Virus record (IMG/VR): IMGVR_UViG_3300042523_000478
Location: 1-64,000 of that record
Length of the DNA: 64,000 nt
Origin: a virus
Reading direction: 5' to 3' (one strand)
Shown: in pieces, positions 58,356-64,000 of the stretch
How positions within the stretch are numbered: the first letter of the stretch is position 1
How the letters are laid out: each line of letters starts with the position of its first letter
The notes under the pieces: model-generated
Told to the model about the DNA's origin: nothing
Database searches by the model: none
Seen by the model: the letters and a program-made list of their open reading frames with translations, nothing else
Position numbers and translations under genes: made by a program

Positions 58356-59819
58356 ATGTCAATTCACAACTCTTATTTTAGTAGGAATAACACTATCGTC
58401 TACAGTGGTTTAACAAATACGGGAAGAAATCCTATTGTTGAGTTGTACTATGGTGACGGTGATGTTAAAATCCCAATTGGATTCTCAAGATTTATATTTA
58501 ATATAGACCTTACAGAATTACAGGAAAAGTATCAACAAGGAATTATTACAACAGGCGTAACCTGTTTTGATAATGTTAAACACACTTTAAGGATGGTTAA
58601 TACCTCTTTTTTTGATAGGGATTTTTTAAATACAAAGACCGCATCAGAAATGGAAAGAGCAACTTCATTTGATTTAATTTTGTGGAGAATACCTTATGAG
58701 GATTTTAACGAAACAAAACCACAAACTTGGGATGAAGGTGTTGGTTATGATTTCACAGATGTACAGTCATTACCTGGAGATAGAAATTATTCTGTAAGAC
58801 CATCTAACTGGGTTCAAAGAGAAACTTTATATGATTGGGAACAACAAGGAATTTATGATAATACAAATTCTGGTGTTTTTAATTTTTCGGCATTAACCAT
58901 TGTTGATATACAACATTTTGAATTTGGGGATGAGAACATTGAGTTTGATATGACAAATGATATAAATTCAATTATACAAGGTAATTTTGTTAACCCTGTT
59001 GGTTGGGGAATTTCATATTTACCCCAATTAGAAAATTTAACTGGGACAACCGCACCTTATTATGTTGGGTTCTTTTCAAGACATACTCAGACATTTTATG
59101 AACCAAGATTAGAAACTGTATATGACGATTTAATTGAGGATGATAGGAATACTTTTTCTTTAGGTAAAACAAACAAACTTTACCTTTACTCTTTTGAAGA
59201 TGGTAGTTTTCAAAATCTTGATGAAAATCCTTTTGTCACTATTAAGGATCAAACTGGGACTGCAATTCCAGGATTAATTAATCTACCCACATGTCAAAGA
59301 ACACAAGGGGTTTATGAGGTTACAATACCTCCACTTATTGGATACCACACACCTTGTATATTCACAGATACTTGGTCTAATATAAAGTTAAATGGATTTT
59401 CATTACCTAATGTGGTTAATGAGTTTGTAATTTACCCAATTAAAAAATCCATACAACTTACAACAACAACTAATGAACCAGCAACATATGGTTTTGATTT
59501 TTATGGTGTTAAACAAGATGAAAAAATATTAAACACCGATATTAGAAAAGTTAGCGTAATTATTAAACAAGCTTTTACAACTAATAAACAACTACCAAAA
59601 GTAGAAGGTTTTTATCGTGTTTATGTTAGAGAAGGTCAAACAGAAGTTCAAGTTCAAGATTGGACAAAATTAAATAGAACATCAAATGAATATTATTTTA
59701 TTTTTGATATGAGAGATAAAATACCAAATGAGTATTATGTTGATTTAAAAGTTATTTCAAGTGGTGAGATAAATACATTTAAAAGAACAATAAAATTCCA
59801 GATTGTGAATAAAAAATAA
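58356..59819 (+). CDS. putative virion structural protein
   Basis: 487 aa; NTGRNPIVEL, SRFIF, WDEGVG, FFSRHTQTFYEP; late element upstream. Confidence 0.55.
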   Translation: MSIHNSYFSRNNTIVYSGLTNTGRNPIVELYYGDGDVKIPIGFSRFIFNIDLTELQEKYQQGIITTGVTCFDNVKHTLRMVNTSFFDRDFLNTKTASEMERATSFDLILWRIPYEDFNETKPQTWDEGVGYDFTDVQSLPGDRNYSVRPSNWVQRETLYDWEQQGIYDNTNSGVFNFSALTIVDIQHFEFGDENIEFDMTNDINSIIQGNFVNPVGWGISYLPQLENLTGTTAPYYVGFFSRHTQTFYEPRLETVYDDLIEDDRNTFSLGKTNKLYLYSFEDGSFQNLDENPFVTIKDQTGTAIPGLINLPTCQRTQGVYEVTIPPLIGYHTPCIFTDTWSNIKLNGFSLPNVVNEFVIYPIKKSIQLTTTTNEPATYGFDFYGVKQDEKILNTDIRKVSVIIKQAFTTNKQLPKVEGFYRVYVREGQTEVQVQDWTKLNRTSNEYYFIFDMRDKIPNEYYVDLKVISSGEINTFKRTIKFQIVNKK

Positions 59820-59879
59820 TGTCAAGTAACACAATTAAATATGGTAACATTAGGTGGTTCTGATGGATTAAACAATTAA
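59819..59879 (+). pseudogene. 3' remnant of a paralog of the 59909..60076 gene
   Basis: 59823-59879 reads QVTQLNMVTLGGSDGLNN*, versus TVTQLNMVVLGGPDGLNS* at the end of the next ORF. Confidence 0.7.
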
Positions 59880-59885
59880 ACAATA

Positions 59886-59893
59886 TATTTATA
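59886..59893 (+). promoter_or_regulatory. putative phage late promoter TATTTATA
   Basis: aataTATTTATAtaaaaacaaataaaaATG. Confidence 0.55.
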
Positions 59894-59908
59894 TAAAAAC
59901 AAATAAAA

Positions 59909-60076
59909 ATGGGAGAATCAAGCGCAAATACTGAAGTTACAATATGTATTGAATTATGTGACCAATCTGTGGTGTCAGTAACACCACCTCACCCCGTATG
60001 GTCCGATTTAACGGGTGGTACGGTAACTCAATTGAATATGGTAGTTCTTGGAGGTCCGGATGGATTAAATTCGTAA
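59909..60076 (+). CDS. 55-aa small protein, absent from the ORF track
   Basis: MGESSANTEVTICIELCDQSVVSVTPPHPVWSDLTGGTVTQLNMVVLGGPDGLNS; own late element and A-rich leader. Confidence 0.7.
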   Translation: MGESSANTEVTICIELCDQSVVSVTPPHPVWSDLTGGTVTQLNMVVLGGPDGLNS

Positions 60077-60086
60077 TATTTTAAAA

Positions 60087-60551
60087 ATGAGAAATTTAGA
60101 TAGATTAATTAAAAAAGTTATTAGAGAAACACACGAAGAAAAATCTCAAAGATATATGTTCTTTTCAAATTTAGAACAAATGAGAAGACAATGTGATATG
60201 TTATTAGATTTAGACCAAGACATGATTGAATCTATTTTAGATAATGGTCATGATTGGGCTCAAGACCATATTTCAGAAGCAAAAAATAACATGGACCAAG
60301 TATTTGATTTTTTAATGAATGAATCTAAAAAAGACGGTATGGAAATGTCTATGAATATGGATGATGATACGGTTATGATGGAAGGTAGAAAAAAAACTGG
60401 CACACCTCTTTGTGCAAGGGGTAAGGCATCAGCAAAGGCAAAATATGACGTGTACCCCTCCGCATATTCAAATGGCCATGCCGTACAAGTATGTAAAGGA
60501 AAAATTAAAGGTTTAGATGGTAAAAGACATTGTTCTGGAGCTTATTGTTAA
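60087..60551 (+). CDS. putative head internal protein
   Basis: N-terminal LIKKVIRE; basic C-terminal LCARGK...KYDVYPSAY module. Confidence 0.5.
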   Translation: MRNLDRLIKKVIRETHEEKSQRYMFFSNLEQMRRQCDMLLDLDQDMIESILDNGHDWAQDHISEAKNNMDQVFDFLMNESKKDGMEMSMNMDDDTVMMEGRKKTGTPLCARGKASAKAKYDVYPSAYSNGHAVQVCKGKIKGLDGKRHCSGAYC

Positions 60552-60568
60552 ATTATTTAAAGATTTTA

Positions 60569-60599
60569 TTTGTGGATTAAATTAATTTGATTATATTTG
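60569..60599 (+). promoter_or_regulatory. Bacteroidota primary-sigma promoter (-33 TTTG / -7 TAnnTTTG)
   Basis: TTTG 60569-60572, 19-nt spacer, TATATTTG 60592-60599. Confidence 0.7.
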
Positions 60600-60624
60600 T
60601 TTATACTAAAAATAACACACATAT

Positions 60625-61056
60625 ATGAAAAAAAAAATAATCAGATTTTTTAAAAGATTTAAGATGAGATTTTATCTTTGGTCAAAACGTTCGTCATTGA
60701 TGAAAACTTACCAAGAGGAAGTTACGTCATACGAAAAAACTTGTTTTAAGATATGTCTTAAATTAATCTCAAACCCTCATTCCGATTTTATGATAGCCCC
60801 AATGTCTAATAAACGATATATTAGAAATACTGCGTTTGATATGTTTGTTACTATGGATCATGGTAGAATTGAGATCACAAATCACGTTTTTAATTATAAC
60901 GTTAAATTATCAGATAGAGATTGGGAAAGAATAACATTTATCTTTGATACTGAAACAGAAAAAAGACGTTCAGAGACAGAACAAGATGTTAGTTCCCAAA
61001 TTAAAAATTCTCTACAACACGTATTAGAAAAATTAGAGAATCACGTTGTTAAATAA
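60625..61056 (+). CDS. hypothetical protein (early-type promoter)
   Basis: 143-aa ORF after a host-type promoter. Confidence 0.65.
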   Translation: MKKKIIRFFKRFKMRFYLWSKRSSLMKTYQEEVTSYEKTCFKICLKLISNPHSDFMIAPMSNKRYIRNTAFDMFVTMDHGRIEITNHVFNYNVKLSDRDWERITFIFDTETEKRRSETEQDVSSQIKNSLQHVLEKLENHVVK

Positions 61057-61071
61057 AAAACCACAAAAAAT

Positions 61072-61102
61072 TTTGGTGGTTAGAATAGAATACTTATATT
61101 TG
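61072..61102 (+). promoter_or_regulatory. Bacteroidota primary-sigma promoter (-33 TTTG / -7 TAnnTTTG)
   Basis: TTTG 61072-61075, 19-nt spacer, TATATTTG 61095-61102. Confidence 0.7.
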
Positions 61103-61128
61103 TATAAATAATTAAAAAAATAAACCTT

Positions 61129-61392
61129 ATGAAAACATCCTTATTAACCCTGTCTTTTTTTATTAGTTTTAACTTGTTTTCCCAAACAGTTATTACTAAC
61201 ACGCAAACATCAAATGCCATTGTTTATTCTGACACCACAGAATATGATTTAAATAAATTCACTTCAGAGTATGCGACTGAGATGTCAACTTGGTCTAAAG
61301 AAAAAAAAGAATGGTTTAAAACTTTCGCTTACACTAGAGGTAATATTACAATCCCTAACGAACCGATTGTTGTTCCTAAGTTTAACGATTAA
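61129..61392 (+). CDS. small secreted protein with Sec signal peptide
   Basis: MKTSLLTLSFFISFNLFS|Q; Gln after the predicted cleavage site is typical of Bacteroidota. Confidence 0.65.
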   Translation: MKTSLLTLSFFISFNLFSQTVITNTQTSNAIVYSDTTEYDLNKFTSEYATEMSTWSKEKKEWFKTFAYTRGNITIPNEPIVVPKFND

Positions 61393-62693
61393 AGACTATT
61401 CAGATAAGTTTTCCATTCCGGATCAGTACCGGAATCTATACGACAAAAGTATGTTAAGTCATTTTTAATACCAAGAAAATAAACTTTGGCGTTAGGATCA
61501 TCAAATTCGGTTTGGTCTAAAAAATCTTGACTTAGAATGTCGGCTGGCACTATATCCAACGTAAACATATCAGTATCATATGTTTCTCTAGGAATTGTTG
61601 ATGATGGTGACGGGGATAAGTATAATCTTTTATATCCACCACCATTTATTCCTCCATTCTTATCTTCTTCACTATTGAAGATTAAGTTATTTTCTCTAAA
61701 TGAATCATCTTTTATATCATTTTGACAAAAGAGATTAATTACTCCAGTAGGTGTTTTTTGTTCTGTTATAACTCGTTTAACAATTCTCATTAAATCGTTT
61801 TCGGTTAATGTAATAATTTTTCTTTTCATATTTTCATTTGTTCTTGGTTTATATTTTGTCATAATTGGTTTTTGACCTTTACCAATTTGGGTGTCTTTTT
61901 TCTCAGCACTTCTTTTTTGTTGACACGCTGATTTTTTTTGTTCATCTGTCATTTTTGCAGCAACCCCAGCGGCTCTACATTTTGGGTAACCTTTTGAATC
62001 CGCATCTGGTCTACCGCAAGGTGGATGACCTCCACCCTTTTTATTACTACATATATTTACCCACGGACCTTGTGGTTCTGATGAACCCTTTGATTTTTTT
62101 TTATTACCAAACCAAACACTAAGGTCTTCTTTAATTGTATCTACCGGATATGTATCAACCTCATATGAATCAGTATGTGGGTCCTTTTCCCAAACACCAA
62201 CAATTCTTTTAACATTACCTTTTAATGTTTTTTCCTTGTATTTCTTAGTTATGTAATGGTCAACCTCATCGGTGTACGGTCCTAATATATGTTTTTTCCA
62301 TTTACGTAAACCAAGTTCTTGTGGTCCATTATATGCTCCCGCTGAAATAGATGTACTGGATTCAGTTATTTTTCCTGGGTATTGATTAATTACATTACCA
62401 TCTTCATCACTAGATGTTGAATTTGGGTGATTCTTTATATAATTAGAAATTTTTTTGGATTTATTTTCTAATTTATTAATTTGTTTTTTTGGTAAACTCA
62501 TTGACCCATCATAACTATCATACTGTAACATTGCGTTATTGTATTTTGAAACGGGCATTGTGAACGGTTGTAAATCAATTTTTTTAAATTCTCTAACCCC
62601 AGGTTGTAGTGGACCGATATACGATCCTCTACTTCCGGAACTATCAGAAGTAGCCTCATTTAAAATTTTTCTTAATATTTGATTTATGTTCAT
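61389..62693 (-). CDS. modular putative head internal protein with DUF5872-like Cys module
   Basis: ILRKILNE; two internal repeats; EDLSVWF...PWVNIC...PCGR...YPKCR; LTENDLMRIVKRVITE. Confidence 0.55.
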   Translation of the reverse strand: MNINQILRKILNEATSDSSGSRGSYIGPLQPGVREFKKIDLQPFTMPVSKYNNAMLQYDSYDGSMSLPKKQINKLENKSKKISNYIKNHPNSTSSDEDGNVINQYPGKITESSTSISAGAYNGPQELGLRKWKKHILGPYTDEVDHYITKKYKEKTLKGNVKRIVGVWEKDPHTDSYEVDTYPVDTIKEDLSVWFGNKKKSKGSSEPQGPWVNICSNKKGGGHPPCGRPDADSKGYPKCRAAGVAAKMTDEQKKSACQQKRSAEKKDTQIGKGQKPIMTKYKPRTNENMKRKIITLTENDLMRIVKRVITEQKTPTGVINLFCQNDIKDDSFRENNLIFNSEEDKNGGINGGGYKRLYLSPSPSSTIPRETYDTDMFTLDIVPADILSQDFLDQTEFDDPNAKVYFLGIKNDLTYFCRIDSGTDPEWKTYLNSL

Positions 62694-62707
62694 TATTTAA
62701 TTATAAT

Positions 62708-62715
62708 TATAAATA
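62708..62715 (-). promoter_or_regulatory. putative phage late promoter TATTTATA
   Basis: aagaTATTTATAattataattaaataATG on the minus strand. Confidence 0.5.
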
Positions 62716-62731
62716 TCTTATATTAAATAAA

Positions 62732-62971
62732 ATGAAAAATAAAGAAGAGTTATTTGGTAATTTATTCGGAACAATTGATTTGTTTAACGAAGAACACCTG
62801 GAAGTTATACTATCCACTATGGATAAAGAACACGCAATATACTATTTAGTGGAGGCGGTTAAGTGTGCATATAATAGAGGAATCTATACAATAGGCGAAT
62901 CTGAAGTTATTTCTAAATCTATTAGAGTGTTTTCAAAATTGGGGGATTCTACCCAAACTAATGAGAAATAA
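62732..62971 (+). CDS. hypothetical phage protein
   Basis: 79 aa with A-rich leader; ESEVISKSIR. Confidence 0.6.
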   Translation: MKNKEELFGNLFGTIDLFNEEHLEVILSTMDKEHAIYYLVEAVKCAYNRGIYTIGESEVISKSIRVFSKLGDSTQTNEK

Positions 62972-62998
62972 AAAAAGGGACAATAAATTGTCCCTTTT
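62971..62998. terminator. bidirectional intrinsic terminator
   Basis: aaaaaagggacaat-aa-attgtccctttt perfect inverted repeat between convergent genes. Confidence 0.8.
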
Positions 62999-63022
62999 GA
63001 GTGTAATACTTTAAGATTTTGA

Positions 63023-64000
63023 TTATCTCAATTCTCTTAAATCAAATGTACGAACACCATCTACGGTAATTCTTCCGTAAAATCTGTTGTTTACCATTTT
63101 TTTCGCGTATCTCGTCATTATTCCTTTAATCGGAGTAAAGTTGAACGGATTGTACATTGTAGGTGTTAATTGTAGAGGTACGTACGGTGCGTAGATGTAA
63201 CCTGTGTCTAACAATGATGTTCCTTTATGTCCTAACAAAACTGTGTTTGGTGGGAAGTAAGGGTCACGGTAAACTTGGTAACGTCCTGCAAGAGTACCAA
63301 CTCTTTCAATACCCATATTGTATTGGTCTTGTTCAGGAGATGCGTTAGATACGTGGAAGTATTCTAAATCATCAAAGATTGCAGAAACCTCAGAAGAAAC
63401 AACGATCCAGTTAGCTCCACCTCTTAAAGTAGATTTGTGGATTTGTGCTGACAACTGATTGATTGCCGTAATCAAAGTTTGATTCCAATCTTTTTGAGTA
63501 TAAGATGTAGTTTGAGCAATTCTTCTCCATCCGTTGTAATCCCAACGTAGGTTCCAAGCCGCTCCTTTTCTCAAGTCACGTAAAATTTCACGGTCAATTT
63601 CAGCGGCCACTTGTTCTGACAATAAAGCCGTCAATTCAGCTTCAGCGTCAATGTTGTGGAATGCCGCAACGTCTTGTGCCATTTCTGGAGACCATTGTGC
63701 TCTTAATTTTCTTTCAGATACAGAAACAGTTACTGATTCTAAATCAAAAGAAACCTCACCAATTTGGTCTTCAAACTCCATATTTTTGTAAGTTCTATAG
63801 ATAGAAGTAAATGAATTACCTGAATGTCCTGAATAAATTGTAGTACCTGTGTAACCATCTAAAGATGTTGAGTCACAGTCAGCACATACAGGACAAGAAA
63901 GGTCAACTTCAACGTAGATGTAACCATTAGCGTCACAAATATCGTAGTAAGAACCACCATTACCTGTTGTTGGCCAAGTTGTTGACGCTTGATTACCGTA
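63023..64000 (-). CDS. major capsid protein (T4 gp23-like), 5' end outside the window
   Basis: RKLRAQWSPEMAQD..AFHNIDAEAELT..LSEQVAAEIDREI, RGGANW, YAPYVPL, F.P.KGIMTRY; the frame stays open from 63781 to 64000. Confidence 0.95.
   Translation of the reverse strand, partial: YGNQASTTWPTTGNGGSYYDICDANGYIYVEVDLSCPVCADCDSTSLDGYTGTTIYSGHSGNSFTSIYRTYKNMEFEDQIGEVSFDLESVTVSVSERKLRAQWSPEMAQDVAAFHNIDAEAELTALLSEQVAAEIDREILRDLRKGAAWNLRWDYNGWRRIAQTTSYTQKDWNQTLITAINQLSAQIHKSTLRGGANWIVVSSEVSAIFDDLEYFHVSNASPEQDQYNMGIERVGTLAGRYQVYRDPYFPPNTVLLGHKGTSLLDTGYIYAPYVPLQLTPTMYNPFNFTPIKGIMTRYAKKMVNNRFYGRITVDGVRTFDLRELR

Noticed and set aside
61416-61435. Inverted repeat ttccgg...ccggaa
   Set aside because: Short, inside a coding region, no T tract; probably chance
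438-63348. Short ORFs (60-153 aa) overlapping the called genes on the opposite strand or in another frame
   Set aside because: Nested in well-supported genes, with no recognisable motifs
1-64000. Eukaryotic giant virus (NCLDV) origin suggested by collagen-like proteins and glycosylation genes
   Set aside because: gp23-type capsid, gp55-like sigma, gp5-like spike, overlapping operons and intrinsic terminators indicate a tailed phage
1-64000. Stop-codon reassignment as seen in some large phages
   Set aside because: Genes are full-length and densely packed in the standard code; TAG and TGA both serve as stops at sensible gene ends
1-64000. tRNA, rRNA, introns, inteins, transposases or a diversity-generating retroelement
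   Set aside because: Intergenic gaps are short and AT-rich; no such motifs or reverse transcriptase recognised; the 300-bp duplication differs at synonymous sites rather than adenine-specifically

Overview
AT-rich 64-kb segment of a large T4-like (myovirus/jumbo-type) phage genome. Evidence: the gp23-type major capsid gene running off the right edge, a gp55-like sigma factor, a gp5-like spike, PhoH, dUTPase and a 3'-5' exonuclease. Two exact Bacteroidota-type promoters (TTTG-N19-TAnnTTTG) and A-rich leaders without a Shine-Dalgarno point to a Bacteroidota host. The window is dominated by an apparent phage-encoded virion-decoration system with two parts. The enzyme part is about 15 glycosyltransferase-like genes (GT60-like, Aah/TibC-like, GT8, GT2, GT4, HtrL-like), four methyltransferase domains, a GDP-mannose 3,5-epimerase and a PAPS/sulfotransferase module. 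The candidate acceptor part is interleaved Ser/Thr-rich virion proteins: a 2803-aa Gly-X-Y protein made of GTN/GTS triplets, beta-helix fibres, and Pro-Thr mucin-like linkers. A recurring [ST]-G-x-T motif marks the predicted structural proteins and is a candidate glycosylation sequon. A TATTTAT element, the reverse complement of the T4 late promoter, precedes structural genes. All family calls are from motif recognition by eye, not database searches.
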